Source: Phoronis australis
Lineage: Eukaryota > Animalia > Phoronida
NCBI GenBank assembly: GCA_002633005.1
Contig: NMRA01000207.1
Location: 395,470 to 459,469 of the forward strand
Direction of reading: 5' to 3'
DNA length: 64,000 nucleotides
Every line of letters begins with the position of its first letter. Within the stretch, counting starts at the first letter, position 1. A model generated the notes under the pieces. It was not told the origin of the DNA and did no database searches. It worked only from the letters and a program-made list of their open reading frames with translations. Of this stretch, positions 12,360 to 33,305 are shown piece by piece. The translations under genes and the position numbers were made by a program.

Positions 12360-14643
12360 TTCACGCATATATGCGGTATTGAGATTAAGCAGAATTCCAA
12401 GTTCACGCACAGCAGTCCCGCGGTGATGTACCTGACCCTAAGGTTTCATAGAAGATGAATACGGGACGTGCCACTCAAAAAGGTGGCATCCGTACGGCAT
12501 GTAGTAGGGAAATTCTCTTCTGCTTGCAGCCCCTACAGGACATCGACGGGGATAGTGTTGTCTGTGGACCGCTTGTGAATGTTAGCTTAGATAAGCCTTA
12601 GTTGTATGAAAATCGTTCTTAACAACAAACGCCTAAGAACTTCAACAAAACAGTAGTGTTCTTGAAGCAAGCCCATACGAAAATTTGAGCTTTCTTGGAA
12701 CCATCCCAACAAGTCGGCCTCCTTTTTCAACATCAAAAACTGATTGTTGGTCAGATTACGTCACTATAATTGAGCGAATAGTTTTAACAAGTGTCAGAGG
12801 ACCTGTTAATAAAAATCATAAAAATACACTCGAGTACTTGAACACTATGAGTGAAAAAATAGCAACAAAACTGCAAGCTTTTCCGTTCATAGATAGCTTA
12901 CTCAAATTTTCGGCTATTGTCAAATGAAAACCTCACAGCACAGACATTTACGCAAATGGTAGTACTATTTGAACATGGCATCGTATTTTTAAAATTATGT
13001 AGAATATAAACGGGAAAATTGGTGTCTGGTCGAGCGACGTGTGAATGACACTGAGTTCAAGTTTAATGCGGACAACGCTGTTATGTACGAAATATTCTTT
13101 TTAGTGAAATCCACCTACTGGGGTCATCGGGCTGTAAAGTCGTTCACAGCACCATCCCTTAAGGAGGGTGTATACACTGAATTTTGAATTTTTGACAGTT
13201 TTTGAATTTTTATATTGTCTAAAACTTTGATCATCCATTTACATGTTCGTGGATAAATGAAATTGATTTGAAAAGCGCGTAGCTGTCATTTTAACCACGT
13301 CTCTGAAAATTCTTTTCCCTAAAGGGCTGCTCCTCAGGCTTGACTGGTAGCTCAATGTGGGAAGTTGACCAATTATCACACAACCACACAAAGCTCCTTG
13401 TGTCAAAATGCACAATAGACCAAGCAGACATATTGGACTTGGGTCTGAGAAGCACTCACATTTTAAGGAGAAAGGTCAAGTGTTGCAAAACACCAACTGA
13501 AAAGTTGGTTATTTTACGATAGAAAATACCGCCAGGTGTCTTTTTACCATGTTCAGTAAAACCGGAGCATTATATACATAGACGTTCAGTGAAAGTTGAC
13601 CAAAAGTAGCATATGATAACTACACAACTTTAAACACCTTCTCAGTTCATAATTTCACAGTAGTTTATTGCTCATCTATCTTTTGATCAATTTTTACGAA
13701 AATTCGAAATCTTATACAAAGGAACTTCAAATCCGTGCCAGGGATTTTTTCAAATTGATAATAACTTATTTTGAAACGAAGTTTGAATTTTGACTGAATG
13801 TTGTTTATTTGCCAAATCTCAAAAACGAAGTCCAAAAACAGTACGTGATAATGATTTAATGATCATAATTGCGCAGTGGTGACTTATATAAGACTGTTGG
13901 AGGATTTTGAAATCTTTGACAGCATTTTTTGGAAAAAACATCATGAAAAAATTAGCTTTTTGGGATAATATAAATATTTTTAGATTAAAAACTAGTCACT
14001 CAAAAACAAATTTCTTTGCTTTTTCTCAAGTTGTGGGTCATCTTTAAGACGACACTAACTAAAGTTTACGCATTTTAAAAAGGACCATGGAAAAATCCTA
14101 CCACCCTGAATTCAATATTGTACTTATATTTGTGTATTTTATATGACATGAAATAAGAGCACTACTTCTACTACATATTCTACCTTTTATATTTATGAAA
14201 GCGAAAAGAAGTTTCTCATAGCAAATCCAAGTACCCGCTGTGATTCACGTATAAACATTTCCGACCAGTTTTATCTCTGGCGGGAAATCGAGAATGCCGG
14301 AGTCATCAGAGATTAGACTAAATATTGACTCAGCATTTTTTTGCGCTTACAAAAGAAATTCGCAGTTCGTGACGGCAGCAAATTTTATCCCTATTGTAGC
14401 ATTTTGTGGCGGTAAAGACCGCTATAGAGAAAGGTTTTTTGGGAAAAGTTCTGTAGTGACAAATTGGTGAAACCTGCCCTTTCCGGTTGTTTCAAAAATT
14501 AATAAAAGACTCTGTGTAGAGGGTAGGTGCCTGTGTACCCAGTCACTATGAGTACAGCCCCAGACATGGCTTATTCAAAATACATGGAAGGTATGGACAC
14601 TCAAATTACTAATGTTGTTGTATGTTATTGTGCAGGTACCTCT

Positions 14644-14674
14644 TTGTATTGTATTGTATTGTATTGTATTGTAT
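14644..14674. repeat. (TTGTA)n microsatellite
   Basis: About six TTGTA units. Confidence 0.85.
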
Positions 14675-15253
14675 TTACTGTTGTATACATGAGTACTTCC
14701 TCTTGGCAAGTGTAGCTCAGTCATGTTTAAACAGAACAATCAACTGAAAAATAACCGGTACATATTGGACCCAGGGAGGAAATCTGTACCCTTGGGAAAA
14801 TTTTTCAGACAATAATGTATTGCAAACCAATGTTTTTGTACACCACAGACAAGTTCAATAAAGACAATAAATATATTCATCTATAGAAGATACAGATAAA
14901 ATGACATCTAAAATACATGTTATTAATTACAGCATTGTTGACTCACCCTCAAAATATCCATAATTCATTTATATACTTTTCAACTGCAGATCAAATTAAA
15001 TAGAGCAAGCAAAAAACCTTTGGTCTGGAATGCACAACTGTATGTGAAAAAAATACTCCAAGTTTTTGGTTTATCATATATCTATAGATTAAGGCAACTG
15101 CCTAATGTTTTATCAACTGAAGCTCAATTTAAACTTTCATAATACAGTGCCATAAATAGTGAGCAAAGAACCTTTGGTCTGTAATAGACCACTGTATGCA
15201 AGGAAAATACATGAATGCATTAGGTACCACCAACATGCATCTACACGACATGT

Positions 15254-15383
15254 CTAGTTAGCCAGCACTGCGTCATCCCCTGGTCCTTTCATAGTGATGA
15301 TGATATGATTCACATCCTTCTCAGCTCTGTGAGAGTCCAAACTGGTGTGAGCGGAGACCTCATACTCTCTCCCAAATGCTGTC
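15254..15383 (-). CDS. CFAP161: CFAP161 exon 7 (stop)
   Basis: TAFGREYEVSAHTSLDSHRAEKDVNHIIITMKGPGDDAVLAN-stop (TAG). Confidence 0.92.
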
Positions 15384-18300
15384 CTGTAAGCATTCACAAA
15401 ACTCATTTCAATGCAGTGATTTGCACACTTGTAGTTACACAGAAATTCTCCAGTGTTAAAAAAAAGTCAATAAACCCACATTCCGTCGAAGAAATGATCT
15501 TTTCATTAAGACAACTTACCACTACAAAACTGGTCTCCGTGCACTTTTTGGTCTAGATAAGAACTGAAGTTATATATAGATTGAGACCATGCTTGGCAAA
15601 CAAAAGGACACGGTGTAACAAGTCAATTTGTAGAGCCTGGCTTCTAGCAAGCGCAAAATATTACTTTTTTCTAAACCACAAATTTGACACCAATTTTATA
15701 ATGGTAAATGTCCTAAATCAAAAATTGTTTTTGTAATGGAATACTCATGATTTAAGGATTTTTAAAATTTCCCCAATTGTAAAAGCTACAGTACTGATTG
15801 ACAAAACTAACAAGAGGAACCATAGCTGCCCTCTTTGAGTAAATTGACATCTGAACAGAATGTGTGCATGTCTGTTCCCCAATTTTCTTCTGAAAAACTG
15901 GTCCTTGGCATGTATTTACTACTTACAAGGATTCTGGATTTTGAAAATCAGTTTGATGCATGCTATTCAGTTGGTTCTCAAATTGTAGGACCTCTGTAAG
16001 TGAGTCATTACTTACTGTTACTACAATAGAAAGTGACGTAAACTTGGCTCTAAAATTATGTCCATTCAGGAAAAATGTACACAGACTGTGTATGGTCAAT
16101 GGTAGTGAATGCAGAACAAAGATGTGAGCCATTTTCTGGATTGTTAACAACACCACCTATTGTCCTATACATAGTAAAAGCAAGACAAGTATAGTAACTT
16201 ACGCAGACAAAATTTCCAACTAAAGATAACCAATGGTTTTTACTGTAACATCAAAAACACTTGCTCTCCCATTTAAATGGTGTTACCATGCAGTGCCTAA
16301 TTCTGTGGATTTGGGTTTATAGCAATGACTACCAGCAAGATGGGCCTTAAAAGGAACAAACCTGATCATAAAGGCATCTTCTACACACAGCGCTTGATTT
16401 GTCTTGCAATGCACAACTATCACCTTCTCATTTGCCTGCAAAGAGCAACAGAATGTTCATTGTTCAGTAGTTCTACATCACCACCTCATTCTCTGCATGG
16501 ACATCACAAGAAGTTTGGTCATCATCGCAAACTGGCCATGGCCGTACATTTTGAATTTTTTCCTTGAGCTAAATTTCGGCAACTATAAGTTACTGCCAGG
16601 GAGGATTTGAAATCCTATTTTGATTTGCCCTATCATAGCACTGACTCTTTGCAGAAAATCGTGCTGCCTACAGGGGCAGATCCAGGATTTTTTGAGTTGG
16701 GGGGGGGGGTTTCTGTGCAGCTAGGGCAGAGTAATAGCCAGGATTTTGCCATGGTCCCCTTGGCCCCATCTAAATCTGCCACTGGCCTATATATAATCAT
16801 GTGGAGTGTATAAGAACAAATTTCTGTCTTCAGTCTTAAGTCACTTTTCCTAAAGCAGACCCCAGGTGTTCACCTCACTCAAGGTATAGCGAGATAGATT
16901 GTAGAAACAAAATCGAACCTTATGTGCCACATACAAAATAGATTCACCTAGCTAGCTCGTTTAAAATTGTGTGACTGTTTAGTTCAAAATCAGATCGCAT
17001 TAAAAATAAAATGCTCAATAACCCGTCCTTAAATACAACAATCATCGAGTTCATAAAATGTCATTGATCAACGCTAGCACTACTCACCATCACTGGTGAT
17101 TCTTCGTACTCCATTCTCAGCAGGGGATTGAACGTGATGATTTTCCACTGTGTTAGAAAGGATGGTTCATTCACAAGGGTTACTTCCTGTTGACGACTCT
17201 TCTTGGAGCACTTATTGAACATGAACTTGTCACTGTGTAAATACAGCTGAAATGAACATTATAGAGGTAACATTATAAAAATCTAGTAAGTAATTAAAGT
17301 CCTGAGTGTGTTAACACCAGTGCTCATCCTGCATATTGAACTGTTAGTTTCAATGTTTAGTTTCATAGTTATGCATGTTCGATTAAATGTCCTAACTTTT
17401 AGTTGGCATTGTAAACTTTCAAATATAATAATGAAAATAATAGAGTACTTGTCTAGTAAATATCAATAATATAAATAACAAATAATGAGCTATATCAAAA
17501 ATAGAACTTTTATTATTTTTGTGAATAAATGCAGAATTTGCATTGAATGAAAGCAAAACAAGATTTCCAAAATTATATTACATTTTTTAAGATTTCCATT
17601 TGAGCATCTATTGCTGAACCAGCAGGCAGCAGTTGGATTTTGAGATAAGCCAACTGTCATCGTACAATTCTTGGGATGTGGAAAATCAGATAAGATTAAG
17701 ATCAAAGAAAACAATTGTAAAACCAACACAGATTGCACTGCCCCTAGAGGCCAACTTATCTGCATAACTGTCAGTGCAATGACTCACCCCGCCCCCTTGA
17801 CCTGGCGTGGTTCTGATGTAAAATGGCTGTCCGTATCTGAGAACTTGTTCATTGACTGACTCATCAGCACTGCAACAGAGTAAGAATACAATGAAAGTTA
17901 TGCAGAGGCAGCCCAGACGACTGATGGCAAAACTTGTATCATGAACGACCCTTTAAATGGGAACCCTTCAACAGGATGGGGTTTATCCACACTCTTTTCA
18001 GGCACAATTTCCATTGTGAGTCAGTGATGTGCATACTTAGGTGATAAGCAATGCTGAACACTACTATCCAAATAGCTCAAGGCTTGGGTTTTTGTTGACA
18101 AAATTATTATTACTTGACCAATTTTGAAAATTCAAGAACCCATATAATCTAATTTTACTCCTCTATTAAGATTTTATGCTTTTCATCAGTTCTTATGTCC
18201 CAAAAAGAAAATGAAAAAATAGAGCCAGGATGCTTTCAAACCTAATTAGATGCGATCTGATAAGAACCAGTACCCTCACTAGGAGATCTACTATTGAATA

Positions 18301-21300
18301 GACTCACTGTAGTGATGTCTATCCCCCTGTAGTCAGACTGGAATGTGGATAGATCTGGTCGCCACGACCATGTGACATTGGAGAAAATCAAAAGATCTCT
18401 CCAAATTGATCCTTATCTTTTCTAAAGAGAATGTTTACAGCATGCTTTGCAAGAAACTGGAAACCAAAACAATCTAGAAATCAAGATCTAAAACTATTAG
18501 TCCTCCATCTTCCAAAATTTGGGAATTATAAGCATATATTTCAGCCCTTAAACTGGAAGAAAGAATGTTTCCCTGTTCATAATTCATAAATAGAACCCAT
18601 AACTTAATTACAGTTTGTTAAACCATGCAACTGTGGTTCTCAGATATGCAAAGCATTATAGACCTTCCCACACGCCACACAACGTGAAATGATCGTGATA
18701 GAATCTCAGGGGTTACAGGGACTATAAACTTGACACACAATCAGCAATTTCAATAGTTCATTACCCACTCGGCTGTGGGGGCATTAAACATGATAATTAG
18801 GCCTGGTCTGGCAATGGAACTACTAACTTTTAATGGGGAGATGCCTTGAACGCCAACACACCATTCATATATAAAACTTTTTTCTGCCGCCTGCCGCATT
18901 AAGTTGATACAGTACAGCACTTTGACGACAAATCAGTTTAGTTAATACAGAATTAGAATATTCAGAAAAAGCACAATTGAGTTGCATTATAACATACCTG
19001 TCGTTTATAACGTTCAATCGCTCCAATATACTCTTTCTAGAATTCATTTTAACGAACACGGACACAGAACTTGTAACACATGAGTGTTTGTGGATGGTAT
19101 AACCACCAAATAACTATGTCGCGGTCGAACCGCCGTTCAGCATTGATCGTAATGTGGTGGTCATAAAACGTTCATGATAATTCTCGTGGAAAATAGATGG
19201 CATTTTGAAGCAAAAACTTTCGGTAAATTTTCAATAATTTTAGTGTCATTTTTCGTCCAACTTCCTTCTGGATTTTCGCCATGACTTAATTCCGACAAAA
19301 ATTGTTAATTCTTGAGATTAGCATCGATTTTCATCGGAATTTTCGCTTTATGAAAAAAAATGTATAAGCTTGAACACGGTCACCTGTCCCTCTCATTTTG
19401 AATTGACAAAAAATGATGAAACTTTATAGTTCACACGTGCTCACGACACCCACGAGAATGGATTACTTAATGTGGCACTGCGCAAATTAGACCGTTGCAG
19501 ATTCATAAATTTTTGAAATTTGTTACTTTCTCAGCAATTTTAATTCAGGTTTACTGATATTCCATACTAATTTCTGAGTATTTACTTTGAAATTATCAGT
19601 GTAAATTAGGATATAAAATTCCAAACAAAGGAAACCGCATTACCGCGTAGTAATACTAAAAGTTACTTCAAACTCGGCTTATCTGACAGAAGTGATCTCA
19701 GCTAAAACTTCACCGATATTTACGGAGAGAGCACGTACAGAGGTCAAAATTTCATGAAGATTTCGAAATTGCTATCAGTTTAAGTCTATAAGAAGAGTGA
19801 AAAAGTGAAAACAGATGTGTTGTTTTGTTAGTCAACTCTCATTGTAATGCCAACAGCTATATGTGGTGTATTAGTGGGATATCGCATGTGACTGGCCGGC
19901 CAACTAAAGGCATGTGGTTTTCTCAGAAATTTCGACTGATCCGAAAATGAGGGGAGGATTTTTGGGCTGGTCCACTCACAACGAAAACACGTTATGATTT
20001 AAAGGTGGCTGCCATTCAGTGATTACCACACTTGTCTCCATTGAGGTGCTGGAAACATGCAGGTATCCGAATGTTGCTCAGCACAAGCGAAAAGATAGAT
20101 AATTCTATTGCAGACTGCCAATGGAATAATCTATACATAGGAAACCAAAGTCGGCGTAACACGTTACACAGTATTACCTTTCAATGACAAATGCAGTCCT
20201 AACACATGGTTTGACCATCTTGGTGGATGACACTCCACACGGACCTTGAATAGCTTTAGCTTCTTGCATCACTGCTATATCCATATTAACACAAAGGACA
20301 TTCTCATCACGCGGATCCTTGTTTTCATACTTTGTGCGATCTTCTGCGGCCAGATTTCTGAACATGACAACGTCACCAAAGTGGACATAACCATCTCTAG
20401 TCGTGCTGAGAGGAATCTGAGAAAGAAAAACACGAGTGTAACTTTGTGTTTACAGTTGATAATCTTTTTGTGAAAACTCCACAGAACATTACAAAATAAG
20501 TTATTGTTATTACATGAACCATTCTTAAAAGAGTGACAGCACATGACATAACTACACAACTCCAAAGATCAATAGCATAGACGATAGACTGAACAAATAA
20601 ACTGTGGGCATTTAAGAGTTAGTTAGTTTTCACCTCTTTTAAAATATGTTGCTGTAGGTTCGATGCTTTCTGTATAAGTAATTCGCCCTTCTCTCGTCTT
20701 TCAAGGAAGTCTTTCATTGTATCCTAGAGAACGAAATAAATATTAGAGCAAATGCCAATGTAAAGATCTAATGGAAGAAATACATTTTTTCTATTTTTAC
20801 AAGTGCTTACCAAGGACACAAGTGAAAACAAGTGAATGAAATTCAGTGAATGTAATCGACAATAGAAAGCCCAATTGCACACAGTACTAATTTCAGGGCA
20901 AGATTCATGCATGATTCATTACATGCTGAACTTCAGAAAGCCTAATAGGTTGTACTCAGCTTACGGTGAAATCTGGGCACCCACAATACGTCTGACAAAT
21001 GAAATTTAATTTTCCCATTATTCTTCACAAACAACAAGTAACACAAAATAATGTTAGAAGCCCTGTAAAATGAAAAAAAAAAAAGATTTTGGAAATTATT
21101 TTGTCCGTAATTAGTGAGATTGTAGTTGGACATGGTAAGTTACTGCATGGTTTTCGATAGGCACACAGTTTTATGATTGGCTACTCAATAACAGAATAAG
21201 GAGATAGGCGATATGATGTCATTCCACCTATAGCGGTGCGCACAGTGTTAAAAATGGCCAGTAGCCAATTTGGGTAACTGAATAAAAGACTGCTCGAAGA

Positions 21301-22123
21301 AAAAGTTTGATTACGGGAGTATTTGTTTGAGTTGGAAGGAATTAAAGACATTGACAACCTTCTAAGATGTCCCTCTATATGAAAAAGGTGCTCATTTTGT
21401 ACAACGCCTGAACTCACACCATAAGGGTAGGTTAATTAGGATACCAGTGCCTAGTTTGTTTACACAACTGGTAACTCGACCCAGGGTGATGACACCATCT
21501 CTATGCCAGGCCAAAGACAGTGAAGTTTTTCAATAGAACTATTTATGGATATGCAGGCATATCTTTGGAAAACATGAGCAAATTTTGACCAAAAACACAC
21601 CATTGGGGTTGACATAAGCTAATTTATTTAACTTTCAAAATTAAATGACAAAAGTACAACAGTTGAAATAACCCAATGCTCAGTCACATTCCACTCACAG
21701 ACAACCAGACGGTTTGACACTGCTAGAAATCAACAGTCAAGCTGAAACGTAAACAAACCACTGCATACTTATAATGTGGCCCTCAGCAGTAACCTACCCC
21801 AAATTACCAATGCAGTACTTCAGACACTGAGTGGAATGTTGTTACATATGAAGCACATATAGGGCCTTCACTGTCTCTAGTTCAGCTAGGCAATGACCAT
21901 CACCTCTGTTAGCCCGACCAGAGGCGATGCAGCTCCTATAGGCGCTCCATACGCCGGAAGCTTTTAGGCGAATTATGCCGAGGGAAAGCCAGACAACAGT
22001 CAACTTACAACTGGTACATTAATAGTAAACATTACTCTTTATTCTGAATACCTCCTCTAACACATTGTCTTCATTCCAGTTTCCAACTAATACGGAAGGG
22101 TTATATGGTCGCACGAAAGCCAT
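15254..22123 (-). CDS. CFAP161: Cilia- and flagella-associated protein 161 (C15orf26 ortholog), 7 exons, 281 aa
   Basis: join complement(22052-22123, 20634-20723, 20178-20416, 17788-17869, 17088-17246, 16362-16435, 15254-15383) = 846 nt, all GT-AG and in frame. Motifs YNPSVLVGNWNEDNVLEE, MKDFLERREKGELLIQK, DGYVHFGDVVM, VLRYGQPF, LYLHSD, NPLLRMEYE, HCKTNQAL and FGREYEVSAHTSLDSHRAEK match CFAP161. Confidence 0.95.
16362..16435 (-). CDS. CFAP161: CFAP161 exon 6
   Basis: ANEKVIVVHCKTNQALCVEDAFMI; phase-2 donor. Confidence 0.9.
16671..16784. mobile_element. Short MITE with G-tract
   Basis: Imperfect TIRs CAGGGGCAGATCCAG / CTAAATCTGCCACTG; GCCTA on both flanks. Confidence 0.6.
17088..17246 (-). 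CDS. CFAP161: CFAP161 exon 5
   Basis: LYLHSDKFMFNKCSKKSRQQEVTLVNEPSFLTQWKIITFNPLLRMEYEESPVM. Confidence 0.93.
17788..17869 (-). CDS. CFAP161: CFAP161 exon 4
   Basis: ADESVNEQVLRYGQPFYIRTTPGQGGG; donor GTGAGT. Confidence 0.92.
20178..20416 (-). CDS. CFAP161: CFAP161 exon 3
   Basis: IPLSTTRDGYVHFGDVVMFRN...GPCGVSSTKMVKPCVRTAFVIE. Confidence 0.92.
20634..20723 (-). CDS. CFAP161: CFAP161 exon 2
   Basis: DTMKDFLERREKGELLIQKASNLQQHILKE; AG/GT boundaries. Confidence 0.92.
21234..21407 (-). mobile_element. Diverged inner-TIR fragment of the same family
   Basis: GACTGCTCGAAGAAAAAGTTT..ACGGGAGTATTTGTTTGAGTTGGAAGGAATTAAA aligns with about 24013-24125. Confidence 0.85.
21887..21979 (+). mobile_element. 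Diverged terminal fragment of the same TIR family
   Basis: TAGGCAATGACCATCACCTCTG...ACGCCGGAAGCTTTTAGGCGAATTATGCC aligns with 23348-23441. Confidence 0.85.
22052..22123 (-). CDS. CFAP161: CFAP161 exon 1
   Basis: MAFVRPYNPSVLVGNWNEDNVLEE; donor GAG|GTATTC. Confidence 0.9.
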
Positions 22124-22525
22124 CTTCTATATGTTCACGAGTAAAATATATCAGTTGCAGTCAAAATCTTGTTTAGCAGCTCAGTAACTCCGGTCACCAA
22201 TGTAAATACCTGTATCGCGCAAACGCAAATTGTCGATTGTGATTGGCCTACGGTTGACCTTGTGCAAATCTTAGAACAGTGGAATTTGTAGAAAAAATAA
22301 AATTAACGTAATAGTCAGGATAATAAAATCAAGTACTGTGGTCTAAAATGATTAGAAGTTAAAATTAGTTTAAACAGTTCCATATGGACGGAAAATATCG
22401 GACTCACCCGATCATGTGAAAATAATTGACGTCACAGGCTCGGCCATATTGAAGTAAAAATTCTACTGATGAAAGAAATCTGTACTAAAAACTAATTTTA
22501 GAGCTGAACAACACACATAGAAGCC
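22124..22525. promoter_or_regulatory. Bidirectional promoter region shared by CFAP161 and GOLPH3
   Basis: Only 402 bp separate the divergent ATGs. Contains TGACGTCA (CRE, 22427-22434), ATTGG (CCAAT box, about 22242), forkhead-like GTAAATA (about 22202) and YY1-like GCCATATT (about 22443). Confidence 0.65.
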
Positions 22526-30138
<7,613 letters not shown>

Positions 30139-31003
30139 CAGGGTGGTTACCTTCGCCGCTTTCACCGGTAGTACTTAGAGGAACTCATTGGTGGTTTATT
30201 GGTTGGTGAGCGAGCACGGGCAGTATACGTAGATGGTCATTGTCATTGTTTCTAGCGTTCATTTTCCAGTCTATGATGTCACGGTCGGCTTCTCGCTATT
30301 TGTCTTAGCAGAATGTCTTATCTTACCTGTTTACGTTCTCATTTTTTACTTTGTTCACTTTACAAAATGGCCGCTGCACCAAACTTGGTAGCTTATCTCG
30401 CTTGTTGGTGTGTTGGACTTCAGATGATATGATCCAAAGTCCTGAGAGTATATGCAGTCGCAGGGGGTACTGGATGAGCTGAGGCAGTAGGGTCACTTTC
30501 TCACACAAAAACTGTACCTGACTAGGGCTGGTGTCTGGCTAGGTATCCTAATGCCCTGGTACAGTGTTTGTGTATTTGTCTTTTGAAAACTGGATGTTAA
30601 GTTATGTCTGGGAAAAAGTACAGTTGCGAATTTCCAAGGGTACTCATCATTCGTCCCCAAATTTAGGAAATCCCCTGTGACCATGAATACATAGCCATTC
30701 TGTTGTGAGCTGGCAGGATTTTTGTTGGTGTGGAAAATGTTCAATTCTAGAATGTTCTTATATTTTTGTTTTAATGTTCTGTTAGTTGTGGGTGAAACAT
30801 ATCTACGAGTGTCCCGGGAGTCATGGTTGTCTCGTGATACCTGGTTGCGCAATGGGTTGGCAATATTCTCTGTATTGGTTGTACAGCACTTTTGACTCTT
30901 TTGGTGCAAGGTGACAATCTCTTGTTTATTTTATTTTAACTTGGTAGTCTGTTGCTGGGAGTATCTAATGTATTAAGCAAAATTTAGTAGACTGAGTGGA
31001 GTA

Positions 31004-31170
31004 CAGTCAAACCGTGTTACACAAAACCTGATTTATAGTTTCTCTCGCTTGTGATATTACAAGCCAACTGTACTACTCTGTCCAGAATTTGGTTTGGTTA
31101 AATCGATGTTTGGTTTCAATGGATGTTTTAGAAAGGTTCAGGGTACATTCTTTGTAACGTGGTTTGACTG
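31004..31170. mobile_element. Tc1/mariner (pogo-type) MITE
   Basis: TA|CAGTCAAACCGTGTTACA ... TGTAACGTGGTTTGACTG|TA; TA TSD. Confidence 0.8.
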
Positions 31171-31427
31171 TATGATATACCTAGAATAGTGTGACTGACT
31201 GCTGTGTGGTGAGTTATTTTGTAATGAAAGCTGGTCATTTGTAGCACATGGGTTGTTGCAGTTGTGTTAAGTGTAAGCTTTAGTATGAAACAATTGCAGG
31301 CTTTCGTGAAGCACTGCTGACTGGTGGTGCCTTCTTGGTGACATATATATGACTAATGTATGTCTTATTCTGGGTTCTGGTTAGCTTCTTGTTTTAAGTT
31401 CCATGCGTGCAAAATACAGCTACGGGA

Positions 31428-31497
31428 GTCCCACATTTTAGGAACCAGTTATATGTATGTTATTAAGTGAAGAAACTGGTTCTCAAAAATGTGGGAC
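31428..31497. repeat. Inverted repeat hairpin downstream of the GOLPH3 stop
   Basis: GTCCCACATTTT.GGAACCAGTT / AACTGGTTCT.AAAAATGTGGGAC. Confidence 0.8.
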
Positions 31498-33305
31498 CGC
31501 CATAAGTGACTATTACCCAATATGCAGGAACCTGACTTAGTGCAAATTGCTTGAATGTGTCTTTGTATGGCCCAACAAAGGCCTGTTTTCATTGGTCTAA
31601 GGTGTTAGTCTTTCTGTTTGGAAGAGTAAGTATTTCCAGTTTTGTGCAAATGACGGCGGGGGTAATCATATGACTAGTCCTGATTGTCTCGTGCTGTCGT
31701 TGGCGAACTTTGTTTATTTTGTTGTTTGTACCACATGAAGAGTTTTGCAAATTGTGTTATTAATGGTTTAACCAAGTTCATTTGTTTTAATTTAGTTACC
31801 GCAAGAGGGTCAGGAAAGTTTTTTGCTTATTATCGAACATTGGAATTCGTAGACATGATGCAAGGTAGTCGACATGTGCTCAATGCGCTAGATACGTGTG
31901 AGAGTGGGCTGACTCTTGTATGAATGGTGTTTAGATATAAGTGGTCTGCCCACCTGTCATGCACTCAAAATTATTTTTTATGTGAGATTTGGGCCAAGAC
32001 GAGCAAATTTTACTCCAAGCAGGCTCAAAGGTTGACTAATTGCATGTGAATTGTCAAATTTCAAGTTGAGATTCTCGTTCAGTCCAGTGATCGCTGGATC
32101 TGGTTGAGGATGCTCGTTGAAAATCTGTCAATTTCACTTTGTTGGTTATGTATGCATTTCTCTTTAGCCTCGTGTTCTGGGATATTTTGAAGGGTTAGTC
32201 GCTGATGTTGGCGTAAAAATAAAAAAAAAAATTTCATTAACTAACTGTAACTGTAATAGTGAAAGCATGCTCATGTAGTGAAGACATGTTTTGGTAGTCC
32301 TGGGTGTGCCACAGTTGGCCCTGTTGCAAGTCTTACAACCAGGCTGTAAGATGTATCAACAGGAGCCTCTTTAATGGAAGGTTCAGCTCCCTCACGGAAT
32401 ATTATTAACAGTGTTCTAGCTCCATCTGTTGATCTTCAGTTCAGAAGTAGCAGTATCTCGCATCAAACATGTTGGTACGTTAGCTCCCGCCTCCCACTGA
32501 AGTCCAATAAAAGGTTAAAGCCTCATAGAGCCAGTCTTCTAAAAACATTGAAAACTTCTGAGAGCAAATTTTAAGGAGTTTTAGTGTGGGGTGGTCGCCG
32601 TGTTGGCTTTCCAGATTTTTACCAATAAGTGAAAACTAATGTTTGCAGATTAGCAGGTAAGGTTTTGTGGGGTATCCCATGTGTCTCGAGCTACTTATGC
32701 CGTCAAGTCCATTGCGCATACAGTGTCTACGTCTACCTGTAAAAAGGTTAATTAGATGTAAATGTCAATCAGTGCAGAACTCACAGTTGCCCTCTTACAG
32801 GCACAATTTTGACAAAGTGTGACTTTGGCAGTGTGAATGTGAACGCGTATTGTACGAGATGTTGCTTTCATGTTTTCTGTTCAATCTGCATCACGCTTCT
32901 CATTTGTAGAGTGATGGAGCAACACTATTGAGATGTGCTCTTCTAGCAGCTTAGGCTTATTTCTTTTAAACTGTTAATTCATTTCCTGGAAACATTTCTT
33001 GGAAATTAGGTTTGTTTATTTCCTGTTGGACCAAGGGATGCAGCTCGCATTGTTAAGAGAAGGGCTTGATTTTTGTTATACATTTCAATGGACAGATGGC
33101 ATTGTGTTGTATATGAATAAGTAAATGGTACACAGTTGTAAATGGGTCATTTAATAAACATTTTAAAGGAATTTTGTTGTAAATTAGATCCATTCAATTA
33201 AAGCGGTTATAAACCCACCTGGGCTACGTTGAGATACTAAAACTTGATTTTAGGTATTTACTGTATAGAAATCTAGTCTTACAAAGAAGTCTAATTTGAG
33301 CATTA

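Noticed and set aside
13158-14110. Possible TTAA-flanked (Kolobok-like) element
   Set aside because: The termini match only weakly and the right TTAA is not intact, so boundaries cannot be supported.
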